64,000 nucleotides of DNA from an uncultured Nitrososphaeraceae archaeon (lineage in GTDB: Archaea > Thermoproteota > Nitrososphaeria > Nitrososphaerales > Nitrososphaeraceae): the NCBI GenBank assembly GCA_963729045.1, contig CAVSMN010000010.1, positions 32,001 through 96,000 on the forward strand. The letters run 5' to 3'. A program made the translations under genes and the position numbers. The notes below the pieces were generated by a model. It was not told the origin of the DNA. It saw nothing but the letters and a program-made list of their open reading frames with translations, and ran no database searches. This document shows positions 1 to 11,961 of this stretch, piece by piece (the first letter of the stretch is position 1; each line of letters starts with the position of its first letter).

Positions 1-251
1 TAAAATAAAATGCTCGATCTCAATTGAGCAACCAACCCACCTACATGTATGGACATATATCAAACACTGTTGAAATATATTTTTTAGAGAATTCTAAAAG
101 GCGACAATTTATTATTTAATATTAGAGAAAGAAATTTATCTAACTTTAGATTTTTTTCGTTGGTTTATAGTTAGCGGTTCACTACAAAAAAATAATACAA
201 GGATGAACATATTTATCACCTCAAATTGAACATAAAGTGTGATTTTGACCT

Positions 252-1280
252 CTGGCTAATTATACCTCTAGTAGTCAAGAAAATGCGATATTATGTAACG
301 GACTTTCTAAAGTATATGGAGAACAAACAGCAGTAGATCAAATAAATTTAAAAATCAAAAGTGGAAGCATATTTGGCTTATTAGGTCCAAATGGAGCTGG
401 TAAGACCACAGTAATTAAGATGTTAACTGGCCTGTCTAAACCAACTCAAGGGAGAGCATTAGTTGCAGGTTATGATATTACTACACAATCCTTAAAAGTC
501 AAAGAGAACATTGGCTGGATTTCATCGGAAGTCATATTAGATGACTCGCTTACAATAATGGAGAATATTTGGATTCAAGCAAAGTTACATAGTCTTAACA
601 ATACTTGGAAGAAAAAAGCAATAGACTTATTGAAATACATGGAATTGGATGAAAAAGACAACAAGAAGGTTGGAAAATTTTCGACTGGGATGAAAAAGAA
701 GTTAGAAATAATCATGGCACTATTGCATGATCCCAAGGTACTGTTTATGGATGAACCAACCATCGGGCTAGACGCAAGTTCTAGAAGATTGCTTTGGAGA
801 CTGATAAGAAAAATAAATGAGCAATACGGAGTTACAATACTATTAACTACTCATTATATCGAAGAAGCTGATGCATTATGTGACGATATCGCGATAATTA
901 ATAATGGTAAAATTGTAGCTAGCGGCTCACCGCAAAAGCTAAAGTCTAGAGCCAACGGCGATATTATAGAAATTGATTTCTTCTCATATTTTGACTATAA
1001 GAACTTAGAAAAGGTCAATGGGATACTAGAAATAGTTCAAGTAGGTCTAGAAAATACTGATCTAATAAAAAGAACACGACCCGAGCGCGCTTTGAGGTTA
1101 CGCATCAAAGTCAGAAATGCTGAAACTATTTTACCAGAGTTAATTTCTAAAATAACAGAATTTCAACCAGCCATTATTAATTCAATCAAGATAGAAAAGC
1201 CAAATTTGGAATCAGCCTTCCTAGAACTTACCGGGAAACGATTTGATGAAATAGAAGAAGCCACCATTGATCAAAAATAG
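252..1280 (+). CDS. ABC transporter ATP-binding protein (DrrA/ABC-2 type)
   Basis: The frame is open upstream of the tracked ATG420 back to TGA at 246-248 and contains Walker A GPNGAGKTT (384-410). Signature FSTGMKKK and Walker B LFMDEPT are present. The start is uncertain (CTG at 252). Confidence 0.9.
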   Translation: MANYTSSSQENAILCNGLSKVYGEQTAVDQINLKIKSGSIFGLLGPNGAGKTTVIKMLTGLSKPTQGRALVAGYDITTQSLKVKENIGWISSEVILDDSLTIMENIWIQAKLHSLNNTWKKKAIDLLKYMELDEKDNKKVGKFSTGMKKKLEIIMALLHDPKVLFMDEPTIGLDASSRRLLWRLIRKINEQYGVTILLTTHYIEEADALCDDIAIINNGKIVASGSPQKLKSRANGDIIEIDFFSYFDYKNLEKVNGILEIVQVGLENTDLIKRTRPERALRLRIKVRNAETILPELISKITEFQPAIINSIKIEKPNLESAFLELTGKRFDEIEEATIDQK

Positions 1281-1316
1281 AATCGCCTAAAATCAATAAT
1301 AAAAGTCAAGACAAGA

Positions 1317-2099
1317 ATGATCAAAATATTAAATCAGCTTAGTGGTTTGTATATAAGGGAAATAAAAACTACTTTTAGAAGCCCCGCCATAATCGTGCTA
1401 AGCATCGTCCAACCCTTATTATGGATAATTTTTTTTGGGAGCAGTTTTGCTTCGGCACCAAGAACCTTTCTTGAGGATTTTTTTCATACAGATAATTATA
1501 TAGCATTTCTCTTGGCCGGACAGCTTTCTACTTCGATGCTGTTTGTAGGAATGTTTAGTTCATTAAGCCTCATTCAAGATAAGAAATCCGGATATCTAAG
1601 AAGAATATTAGTCACACCTACCAGTAATCATACCATATTCTTATCAAAAGTATTGGGAGCTTCAACCCGTGGGATGCTACAAGTTCCAATCGTCTTTGCG
1701 GGTGTAATGTTATTTGGCGTACATATTCCAGACATATTTGGAATAACGGCTTTTATTGTATCATTATTCCTACTAAGCTTAGGTCTTTCTTCGGTATATC
1801 TATTTTTGACTATGAAAAGTTCGGACTGGCAAATCCCTACTGTAGTAGCCAACTTCATAAATCTCCCCCTGATGTTTGCAAGTACTGCCCTATTTACGAG
1901 CGAAAACTTTCCAACTTGGATGCAAACAATTTCAAACTTAAATCCTGTTTCGTTTTCGTCGACTTTTGGAAGAGAAATAATTATTTCGGGTAGTATTGTT
2001 AATGTTAACTGGATGTATTTTTCTTATCTCTTTATCTTTGCTACTTCCATGTTACTAATAGGCGTAATAGTAGCGAACAAGACTTTGAAAATTGATTGA
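1317..2099 (+). CDS. ABC-2 type transporter permease
   Basis: About 6 hydrophobic segments with ABC-2 motifs (GYLRRILVTP, FPTWMQTISNLNPVSF), directly after the ATPase. Confidence 0.9.
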   Translation: MIKILNQLSGLYIREIKTTFRSPAIIVLSIVQPLLWIIFFGSSFASAPRTFLEDFFHTDNYIAFLLAGQLSTSMLFVGMFSSLSLIQDKKSGYLRRILVTPTSNHTIFLSKVLGASTRGMLQVPIVFAGVMLFGVHIPDIFGITAFIVSLFLLSLGLSSVYLFLTMKSSDWQIPTVVANFINLPLMFASTALFTSENFPTWMQTISNLNPVSFSSTFGREIIISGSIVNVNWMYFSYLFIFATSMLLIGVIVANKTLKID

Positions 2100-2436
2100 T
2101 ATAAAATGTAGATTAGGCTTTCATTCACACCTACATACATATCACTTCTGTTAGCCATAGCACTCTATCAATTGATTATTTATTGTGACTACAAGTACAA
2201 GATACAAGGTATAAAATTAGAGTGATGGGAACCACAAGGAGCACTTGATTATATTATATGATAGATTGTTAGGTAAAGCGCAAGATGATATAAAATCGAT
2301 AAGATGAATCTTGACCCAACTTGAGATAAGGGATAACTTGAAAGTTCCTGTTATGAGAAACTTTAATTCCTGATCTCTGTTCTGAAATTACGTTAGATAG
2401 TATCTATTACCAATTCTACATTACATGGGTGTTCAC

Positions 2437-2740
2437 TTATCTGTTTTTTGTCTTTTTTGTTTCTTTTCATCTAGTTTGGTATTAGAGGCAGAGGAACCGT
2501 ATTTTATAAATACTGGCAAAACTATTGGTAGAGGTATTATTTTCTTCTTGTCTATACCTTCATTGATCTGTCTTGCAGCATCGAGGGATTGATGTATTTT
2601 TGATAAGATAATATTTAGATTAGAAACTGCATCAGTGTAGGCTTTTTCAAGCAGTTGTTTATTGTTGTTTAGAATGTAGATCTGTTTGTTCAGGCCATCT
2701 ATGTTTGAAATCTGTTTGTTTATTTCTTGAGAAAAGGGGT
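2437..2740 (-). pseudogene. start-less open frame of about 100 codons, coiled-coil-like C-terminal gene remnant
   Basis: Reads FSQEINKQISNIDGLNKQIYILNNNKQLLEKAY...PLPIVLPVFIKYG...KNR* with no in-frame start nearby; next to integrase remnants. Confidence 0.35.
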
Positions 2741-2989
2741 GATTTTATCCAACTTTTAATATATTATTCTGTCTTTTATAAGTATGGTCATTTTATTGGT
2801 CAATATTGGATTAAGATAGAAATACAGTCATTTTAATCAATGAATTTTCTGAAATTTCATAATATTTAATAAATCTGTATGTGAGAATCGATATGTTAGA
2901 AATGAAAAAATTGAACCTATTACACAATTGATATCTTCAAAAAAAGAAGCATTAGATATAATTTTTCTGTTTCTAATAGATTCAGATTT

Positions 2990-3232
2990 AGCCGACAAAT
3001 CTATTTATTTTCTATTTAGGACTAGTAGCATCAAGTTTATTATCTACATCATACAATCTTGTTTCATTCAAGTAATTCACAAATTCAATTAGGATTTTCA
3101 AATTATTAATATATGATCTTCAAATAACCCTTCTTTTCACATGCAATCATAAATATCATTAATAACAGAGGTATTATCTTTACTCTTTAGAGAATCAATA
3201 TTTTTTAAAAGTGTAGCAATATTGATGGAAAT
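2990..3232 (-). pseudogene. tyrosine integrase N-terminal remnant (copy 1)
   Basis: ISINIATLLKNIDSLKSKDNTSVINDIYDCM*KEGLFEDHI/NNLKILIEFVNYLNE, with an internal stop and a frameshift; clearly homologous to 23030..23218. Confidence 0.6.
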
Positions 3233-3403
3233 AATCTTTTTAATACCTCGATTTATGGACACGTCATAACTAATAGCCAGAGCACAAGAAACTCTTCGTA
3301 TATAAAATAGTCATATTTGAATCCAATGTTCTTCGTTCCTTCACTTTTTATTTATAATACCAAGAATATGAATCCCGATAATCTATGCGTTAACCGAGAA
3401 TTG
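3074..3403. repeat. diverged direct repeat of 23059..23396 (integrase 5' end, its upstream region and a degenerate tRNA-Gly 3' end)
   Basis: CTTCGTTCCTTCACTTTTTATTTATAATACCAAGAATATGAATCCC (3331) vs CTTCCTTCCTTCAATTTATATTTTGCATAACAAGTATATGAATTCCC (23318); TGCGTTAACCGAGAATTG (3386) vs TGCGGTCACCGGGATTTG (23379), 14/18 identical. Confidence 0.75.
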
Positions 3404-3432
3404 GCATCTAGTAGAATGAGAATTCACTTGAT

Positions 3433-3756
3433 TTAAACTTCATGATAGTCATTTGTCAAATAATAATTGACCAAATATAGAATACATGAGATGATAGAAA
3501 CAGGTTCGGTAAGATTATTTAAAGATTTTAGTAATTCGTTATTATTTGCCGGAATTTTGAAGTAATTGCGATTTCTCTTCATATTTAAACAATATATCTC
3601 TAATGCATTGGGACTCGAAGTCCGTATCATAAAATCAGAGAATGTACTTCTTTTAAACGACATATCAAATGGATGGAGGGATTTGATCTCCGTGGCTATA
3701 CTCGAGGAGACAATTATTGAAGTAAATTTGTAACAATAGATGTTATATCTTTTCAT
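3433..3756 (-). pseudogene. possible integrase N-terminal (core-binding) remnant
   Basis: FSDFMIRTSSPNALEIYCLNMKR..YFKIP..NELL...IISCILYL resembles thaumarchaeal integrase N-termini (from memory); lies between two other integrase fragments. Confidence 0.3.
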
Positions 3757-3892
3757 TTTTGACTTTTTGTCATCCTGAATCTACGTCTTTCGCCTGTGAG
3801 TTCAATTACAAACCCATGCGAACTCTTGAATTGAGAGTGTCTCAAGGAGGACATTCACCTTTAAATCGGGGAAATTTTATTGCAATCTATAA

Positions 3893-4057
3893 GAGGATAA
3901 ATTAATTGCTGCAAAATTAAAAGTTTTTAATACCAAAACAAAGGACCATTATGATTATTACGTTACTCCAGAAGTATTTCAATCTGTAAAAGAATGGATG
4001 GATTATGTAGTTAAGAGGAGAAATTCAATAATAGAAGAGTCTCCCTATCGGCTATAG
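3893..4057 (+). pseudogene. tyrosine integrase catalytic-core remnant
   Basis: EDKLIAAKLKVFNTKTKDHYDYYVTPEVFQSVKEWMDY matches the AAKxxV...TPExxxxxKEWMD segment of Nitrososphaeraceae integrases. Confidence 0.55.
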
Positions 4058-4074
4058 CAATAGATGTTTAGAAA

Positions 4075-4882
4075 TCACTTATAGTGATTGATGCTAGTGT
4101 GTTCCTTTAAAACTTGTCTTGAGTCAAATGTTTGTCCACACGTTTCACAGGAAAAGGTTGCCTTTACATTTGTTGAACTTTCGTCTGAATTTCTTCCACT
4201 ATCAACTTCGAAACTATTCTGGCTACTTTGATTGACTGATGAACCTTCGCGTGTATGATTATCTGAATCTACCTTTGTCATTCCCCTCTTACGATATTCC
4301 TCTTGTGCTTCTGGCGTATCTGTACCAGTTTGTCCGCCTGAAGTAATTTGTTGATCATTGGGATCTCTCTTTACTGCTGTTGGTTCACCTGTGTTAATTT
4401 TAGCAGGAGTCATAGGTTCTTTATCTCTATACTCTTCTAAAGGATTGTCATTTCTACTTGTATCAGTACCAGGTCCGCCTTCTTCGTATATTCTATCTCC
4501 ACCAGAAGACTGTGCATGTCCGACAGAAGATGAAGCTATTGTATCTTTTGTCTTATTTGCGACATCTTTCGTAGTATCTACTACCTTGTCTTTAACATCA
4601 CCTAGCTTATCAGAGATACTGTCAAGAACTGATTCGCCGTAGTTCTCCCTTTTTTGTTCAAACATTTTAAGTTCGGATTCAGGTACTTTTCAACATTAAT
4701 TGTGTACCGTCATAGCCTTCAATCTTGGATTTCGGGATTGTGTATACATTTTCACTTACTTTATCTTTTTCTACTATAATTGAGTCATCTCTTTCACCAA
4801 TTATGTTTCCTACAATTTGACGATCTGATAAAACTACACCTTTTTTTGATACGATTAATTCTGAAAAATCTATATTTGACAC
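4075..4882 (-). CDS. PRC-barrel-like domain + LEA/hydrophilin-like region + C-terminal C2H2 zinc finger (one frameshift near 4688)
   Basis: Removing one A from the AAAA run joins 4679..4882 (IDFSEL..KKGV..IVGNII..YTIPKSKIEGYDG) to 4075..4665 through LKVPESELKMFEQKR. Contains KDKVVDTTKDVANKTKD and CETCGQTFDSRQVLKEHTSINH. Confidence 0.75.
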
Positions 4883-5125
4883 GTTTAATTTGGTTCATAT
4901 AACTATATAAGGGTCATAATTTTTCAAATATTCATCAAAAATTAGATTTATCTCGATTAATATGGAAAATGACTGTTGCTAGTTACTACTTTTATATATT
5001 CTGCTCTACATTCATTACAAGCCCAGTATCTCAAATACAATCAGAGTATGCTACATTAGGTTGGACTCTAAAGTATTAGTAATCCTAATTATGGTACTAT
5101 ACAAACCATTTGCAACAATATAGTA

Positions 5126-5713
5126 ATGAAAAATCTTTCAAACATGTTTATGATTTTTCTAATCGCAGTTGGATTAGTAATAGTTCCTGTAATTAGTATG
5201 AATTCTGTAAATAGCGTGAATGCTCAAAATCAAAATCAAAATCAAACTTCGACACCAAATTCTCAAAATGATACAATGGCAACAATCACTGATAACCCTC
5301 AAACTACAATTGCAAATCAAACTACCATACCAGCAGAACAAACCACAGTTACTGTCAATCAAACGATTAACCCTATGGACCAATCTCAACTTCAACCACT
5401 TAGAATTCAGACAATAACATCTCAAACTGGAAACTTATCAAATATAGAAAATAAAACGGTAGTACAGACCACAGGTCCCGTCACTACTACTATTGCAAAC
5501 AAAACAACAGTACCGTTTAATCAAACTACTATGAGTATGGACAATATGACAAATTCCCAATCACAGGTATCCCCTTAACAGCAGCAGCAGCAATCGAGTA
5601 GTAATCAAACTGAAGGCGGATCATCGACTCAACAACAACAATCACCACCCCAAAATCAAAGTAAAGGACCGTTAGAACAACTTGGAGAATCCGTTAATAA
5701 AATGATAGTAGGC
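5126..5713 (+). pseudogene. secreted Q/T/N-rich protein (paralogue of 13825..14399) with a premature in-frame TAA at 5576-5578
   Basis: Signal peptide and TIANQTTIPAEQTTVTVNQT motif. The frame continues past TAA into QQQQ...KGPLEQLGESVNKMIVG, matching the paralogue C-terminus. Confidence 0.7.
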
Positions 5714-6232
5714 AGGGTTGATATAGAAACTACTATCTCTCTTCGACATTTGTATTTTATTATAATCTTTCTTTTATGTAAATTTTATCCATAAATTAAA
5801 TAAATAAACCAATACCTGCGACAAATACCATGATAATATCATTAGATATTAGACAAATTGCTGATATGTTGATAATATGATTAACATATCTTGGGTCAAC
5901 GTTTATAGCGCCACCCTGTTGGGCGGCGTGGATATTTACGATTGAACCAAACTAATCGGTTAAATAGACAACCCTTATCACTCTTCTCGATAATGTTCAC
6001 ATTCTTAGCATTACAATAATATTGTTGCCAAGGATCCATACCAAGAGAACTATTCTATATTTATGGCTGAAAGCAAATCTAATAATCAGCCATTCTTTTT
6101 ACAATGTACAATAGAGATAACATGCAGACATAATGAGATAACAACAGACTCACAATCCTGAAAAATCCTGGACAACTTTTCTCAATGTTGTATCTGTTAT
6201 ATAACATGATGAACATCAGAATGTGAAAAAAA

Positions 6233-6493
6233 ATGAAGAAAATTTTAGTAATCGCGACTTTTGTTCTGTCATTTGTACTGACAGCATCACTAGTTAGCAA
6301 TTCAATAGTCCAGACGGCATTAGCTCAGGACTTATCCACTCTTAAAGATGAGGCAACAAACTTGCTGACAGGAAATGATAATAGCCAAAGAACAAATAAT
6401 AATTCAGCATCATCAACAACAAATAATTCTACTTCATCTGACTCATCCCTAACAGAAAAAGCAACTGGCTTAATAGGTGGATTATTAAAATAG
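6233..6493 (+). CDS. small secreted Ser/Thr/Asn-rich protein
   Basis: Signal peptide MKKILVIATFVLSF..ALA/QD, low-complexity linker, amphipathic C-terminus. Confidence 0.7.
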   Translation: MKKILVIATFVLSFVLTASLVSNSIVQTALAQDLSTLKDEATNLLTGNDNSQRTNNNSASSTTNNSTSSDSSLTEKATGLIGGLLK

Positions 6494-6526
6494 AAGACTA
6501 TCAAATCTAAAATAAAGTAAGTAAAT

Positions 6527-6838
6527 ATGCTACCTGATGAAGTTTCTCCTGAGGTACGAGATAGTCCATCTTGTTGTAAAAAGTATGATGGAAAAAACAA
6601 GAAGTAATTTGACAAGTCCTGTGGAGTTAGAGCAAGTTTACTTAGAGGCTTATAGGAGAGACACCAATAAAAAAATGTCCATTCAAATATAAAAATCCGC
6701 CGTCATGTAAGAGATATTTTACTTAGAAACGGCTATATTTTTGTTAATCCTGATGATGCAGAAGATGTATTCATCACGAAAAAAGCAATTGATCAATATG
6801 AGTTGATTAGGATGACTATATCTCTTGCCTGGTATTAA
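6527..6838 (+). pseudogene. hypothetical protein, frameshifted
   Basis: MLPDEVSPEVRD/VHLVVKSMMEKTRSNLTSPVELEQVYLEAYRR/NIKIRRHVRDILLRNGYIFVNPDDAEDVFITKKAIDQYE is protein-like across 3 frames. Confidence 0.5.
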
Positions 6839-6889
6839 ACACCAATTGATACCTGTGTTTATATAGTATATTGATTACGAATCCTTACA

Positions 6890-7518
6890 ATGTCTAAAAA
6901 CGATAAAAAAGAAATTAATGACCAAACTTCATCTTAGTTAACAAAAATATCGAGAAGCAGCAAGATATTTACCAAAGTAATCAAAGATTATATAATAGAA
7001 TTATAGAACAAAACAACGAATCACTTGAACAAGTTTTCGATGAGTCAAAAAAAAATATAGATGAAAGTATCAGAGAAGCAAGAAATCAGATTCCACGTTA
7101 TACTGAAACTGTTAATCAAGTTCAAGAACAAACACTTCAAGCTACTAAAGATATTGCAGAAAGCTATCTTGAATATCAAAGACAAACAATCGATTCTTTT
7201 CAATCAATATCTACCCCGTATATATACAATGTAAATAACCAATTATTGAATAACCAAGATTACTTTAGAAGAATACCAGAAATATACTCAAAATTAGTAA
7301 ATAATTATGCAGAAAATACAATAGCAATGAGTAGAATTTTTAATGATATGGCATTTTCTAATATTGAATTATTTAAAAATGTAGTTGATAACACAAAGAA
7401 ACAATCTAAACATCTTGCAGAAATAGGAAAAAGAAATGTATCAGCATATGAGAGAATCGAAAGAGACAGCAACGATGCATTATTATCAACTCAAAAAGAT
7501 CATCAGTCTAAAAATTAG
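6890..7518 (+). pseudogene. alpha-helical phasin-like protein, broken near the 5' end
   Basis: ATG6890 MSKNDKKE..* then a long frame IEKQQDIYQS...EARNQIPRYTETVNQVQEQTLQATKDIAESYLEYQRQ running into the tracked ORF 7246..7518; similar to 36132..36641. Confidence 0.55.
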
Positions 7519-7878
7519 AAAAGAAAAATAAAATAATCTTTTCTTCTTTATTTCTATCAATATTTCATTTTTTTATAGTTTATAGGAATCTCTACTAAAT
7601 CTCATGAAATGGGGTAAATTGATCATCCAAGTCTGCTATTCTTCTGGATTACCATGAATTATGACTAATTGATAAACTATTCAATAATACGAAACAAGGA
7701 GGTTAGAAGCGTTACTATAAATAGATAGCTTCGTTCGGTGGGACAGCTTATGAAATTTCAGACTAGTCTGTAATTGGGAAAACCATCGCAGGTTGTACTT
7801 ATTTATCACTAATGGCTTATTTAAGCTATTTGAGAATATTTAGGATAACTTTATTATATTGCACGATATCCATAAGTC

Positions 7879-8071
7879 ATGACATTAAGTCTAAACTGTA
7901 AAGATGCAGGTGATCCTGTTTGCACTCATACGATGTATGGTGAAACTGAGGAAGAACTTTAGAGAATGCAAAAAAACACTTATAGAGGCTCACGGATATA
8001 CAGAAGAGACATTTAATGAACGAACCGGGAAAGACAAGGAGAACTTTAGAAAATTAATAAAAACTACTTAA
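7879..8071 (+). CDS. DUF1059-family small metal-binding protein (frameshifted)
   Basis: MTLSLNCKDAGDPVCTHTMYGETEEEL/ENAKKH/IEAHGYTEE has the C-x-D-x-G..C...GETEEE..H..H pattern. Confidence 0.7.
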
Positions 8072-8368
8072 CTTTTATGTCGCAATAATTTTTTTCAGAG
8101 ATAAGATCGAACCAATTCCTGTAAAATATGCAAGGACAAAATAAACTAATTAGTTTGTTTCTCCATCTTTCACAACACAATGATTCTATCAATTTGTAGT
8201 AATTTAATTACGATCGAATTTATGAGAATCTATTTTAGTTGCCCATTACTATATTGATTTCAATAATTATATGGAAAAATATTAATTTACTTTACAATCC
8301 TCATGCATAAGAACTGATTTATTATTTAAGACAACTTGTAACACTCGAACTAACTTTATATTGGAAGA

Positions 8369-8767
8369 CTATATCACTTCCTTAACCGAATTATCGTTTT
8401 CTACCTTGGTCATTCCTCTTTTTCGATATTCTTCTTGTGCTTCTGGAGTATCAGTCCCCGTTTGACCTTCTGCTGGTAATTATTTGGTCCGTTGAATCTC
8501 TTTTTACAGCCTTTGGTCCCTCCACTTTTAATTTAGCAGGAGTCATTGGTTCTTTATCTGAATATTCTGTTAATGGATCGCTTTTTCTGTTTGTGTTTGT
8601 GCCAGCTACACCTTCTTCATATTCTTTATCATTAGAGATTGTTGATGTTCTTAGTGATGAATCCACCGTATCCTTTGTTTTTTCGGCAACATCCTTTAGT
8701 AGTATCAACCACTGTATCCTTTGCGTCCTTTGACTTTTTCTTTGAGTTTGTCAATAATTTCTCCCAT
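8369..8767 (-). CDS. LEA/hydrophilin-like protein, paralogue of 4075..4665 (frameshifted)
   Basis: MGEIIDKLKE/VKDAKDTVVDTT/KDVAEKTKD...YEEG.AGT.T.R..DPL.EY.DKEPMTPAK.../DTPEAQEEYRKRGMTKV, shared with the 4075 protein. Confidence 0.75.
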
Positions 8768-9247
8768 TGATAATACAATTATTATTTAACATACTATAAA
8801 AACAGGGCTCAAATGGAGAGGGCTTTTTTTCAAAGGGTCAAAACAAAAACATTTTACTTAAGTTGTATGGATATAATGATTTCTAATTTATTATTTTAAA
8901 ACTATAATATGAAGTTGTTTCTGTAATCAGAATCAGTAATAAAGTTATTAAACTATTATTTACAGTATTTAGTAATAATACTAAACTAATACCCGTTACT
9001 ACGGCAATACTATCACCTAGTAAACTCTAGTATATATCTACAAAAGTATAATGATATTATATTATGAATCCAGATTTGATCTCGGTAGTAGGACAAAATC
9101 AAAATCAATACTATATTTTCTGACAGGAAATATAGTTAATTTATATAATCCGATAGTTTTTCTGAGATTTTCATGGTAATTATTATTCGGACTTCTTTGG
9201 TAGAAGTATTTTAAGTATGATATACTTTACTTTATGTATACAATAGA

Positions 9248-10460
9248 GTGGTTGCACATTTCAAAGTCTTAATGGTTTGTACCGAATATCCTCCCATGCA
9301 AGGTGGTGTTGGTCGCTATACTCACAACTTGGTTAAATCATTGCGCTCAAATAGTATAGACATCCTTGTTGTATCTAGTTCTGATGGTTCGGGAGACTAC
9401 AAAGGCATTTCACCACATAACAAGGACAATTCAGAGCTATTATTGAAATTAGTAAAAGAGATCAAGCCAGATATAGTACCATGTACAACACGAGTTCGGA
9501 CTGTATGGCTTTTTCTTAAATTCTCTACGACCTTCTAAATCATCAACAGGTCTTGACGAATTCTATGATAAATGTACGATCCCAATAGTAACCACATTTC
9601 ATACATCAATGTATTTTAAACAATGGATGCAATTAATAAACATAAAAGAAAAAGGTAATGATAATGACTATCTGAGATTTTACTCATTATATAAATACTG
9701 GCGACATTTTATTAATTATTCTTCTATGCATAGAATCAACAAATACCTTATGGCTAAGAGTGCTTATGGAATAGTTCTTTCAAATTACATGAGGGAACTC
9801 ATACCCGGAACAAAGGTGGTATATCATGGATCGGATCCATATTTCAAAACTGGCATTACACGCATTGAGGCGAGGAAGAAAATGCATCTTCCAGAGAAAG
9901 GAAAGCTTGCATTAGCTCAAGGATTCATTACCAATACTAAAGGATGGGATGTAATAAGAAAATTAAAAATGCCAAAGGATTGGAAGTTGGTGGTAAACTA
10001 TTCAAAGAACTTTTATAATAATGAAAAAATCAATTTTGAATATCATGACAATAAAGTGATTAATTTAAACAGAAGATACCTATCTGAAGAAGAACTCTCT
10101 TTATTGTTCTTTTCTTGTGATGTAGTATTCTTGCCCTACAAGGTGTGTTCTGGTTCAGGTATAATGTATGATGGCTTGGGACATGGACAACCGTTTGTGG
10201 CTTCTGATCTAGGTTTCTTTAAAGAGTTCTCAACACAAAATCTGGGTATTGTAACAAAGAGAGATCCTCATACATTCGAAAAGGCGTTTGAACAAATGGA
10301 TAAACAATACCTATTTTTCAAATCTAAAGTTAAAGACTTTCAAAAAAACTTACGCTGGGATAAAATAGCAGGACAACATATAACTATATACCAAAACATA
10401 ATAAAAGACGAAACACTAGAATCACAACCGGTAGAAATGATTCGTAAAAATAAGAGTTGA
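9248..10460 (+). CDS. glycosyltransferase family 4 (GT-B), one frameshift near 9480
   Basis: VLMVCTEYPPMQGGVGRYT N-terminus; DVVFLPYKVCSGSG..G.PFVASDLG C-terminal motif. Confidence 0.85.
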
Positions 10461-11352
10461 ACATACAGAATCATCCTGCCTTCAATTGTGAACTAATATA
10501 TGACAAGTAGAAAATCTCAGCTAAAGGGTTCTCTAAAAGAAACAGATGGGAACGTACGATACAGCAGGAATTCAGTGGGGTTCGAATCCATGAGGTATAT
10601 AGGACCTGTTATTTTAATAAATATTTGTAAATAAGAGTGGCTTAGTAATAGATGGATCATGGGTCTGTATTTTCAAAATATTCTTCGTTTAAATGTAATA
10701 TTTTCTCACTCTGTTAAACACAATAACTATGAAACTATCATACTGTCTGATTTAATGAAACTTGTCTAACAATCCCGAATTTTATCTACAGGGATCTACT
10801 TCATTTTATGGCATTATATGTTGGTTTTTTTAGAACTGGATTCAAAATACTGTCGTCATCATCTTCCGATCAATCAACGAATGGAAATAAAGGATATGTT
10901 GGAATATTATCGTCATCATACACATCTACTATCACTTACCTGATTTGTCAAATTGATATGCTTGTTTTTGGGATAGAATTATACTCCTTTTGTTACTTCA
11001 TACGCGTACAAATGGGCGACTGGAATATTGGGACAATACTTTTCAAAATACAATGACAATGATTCTAAATGTTGTTCATATATTATCTAATTATAACGGT
11101 TTTCTACTTCAAGTAATTTTTTAAACATATAAAATAATTTTTTCAAATCTTTAAATTTGAATAAATGATATAAAGCCAGACGGAAATGTGATAATACGGA
11201 TTGACATATTGATATATGCATTAATTCCAAACCGTAAAGAAATATCTCATATTTTTATTACTAATTGAATATATACACTATTAATAAACTATCATGAACA
11301 ATCAACTCAATGGTGAGGAAATCTAATTTCACCTAATGATTATGGCCAATTA

Positions 11353-11905
11353 ATGAATGCGAGAGAAGCAGCAGAGACTATTTCACAAAGTGAATATGGA
11401 CTGCATTGTTTACTAATTTATCGTGATCTTACTACTCTAAGAGAATTTTATTCTAATTATGTTCAAAAACAAATCAATGATAATGAAATGATTCAAATTA
11501 TGCCATTTTATGAAACAGAGAACTCTGTTAGAGAAATACTGTCAAAGAATTGGACCGCCGATCTTCATATGGTCCAAGAGGAGGAAAAATCATTGATCAT
11601 CGTTGATTCTTTAAGAGGATATCTTGATCATGATAATGTCGAATCCATTTGGAAAAATATTGAAGAAAGGGTCAACTATGCTAAAGAATTAGGTAAAAAG
11701 GGAATTTCCATATTAGGTGATGCGGGATGCATTTCTCTTTAAACATAAAATACAAAGTCTTTTGGATTACGAATGCTATTTGCCATTAAAATTTGAGAAT
11801 AATCTTAAGGGCATTTGCATGTATCATCAAAAGGATTTTAACAAGATATCCAAAGACTTTCAACAAAAAATAATAGATAGTCATTCAAAGACTATAGTGA
11901 TATAA
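11353..11905 (+). CDS. MEDS-domain sensor protein (frameshift near 11730)
   Basis: HCLLIYRDLTTLREFYS...GISILGD.../LLDYECYLP..GICMYHQKDF...IIDSH is typical of thaumarchaeal MEDS proteins. Confidence 0.75.
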
Positions 11906-11961
11906 ACAAGCCAACCAACCAATATCCTGATTTCTTATTTTTATTCTACTATAGTGTGCGC

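Noticed and set aside
4358..4642. Antisense ORFs of the track (e.g. 4358+, 8437+, 6325-, 14869-, 28838-, 36739+, 43348+, 49989+)
   Set aside because: Shadows of better-supported genes on the opposite strand or in another frame
10575..10592. GGGGTTCGAATCC, like a tRNA T-loop or att site
   Set aside because: No acceptor, D or anticodon arms and no adjacent integrase; too short to call
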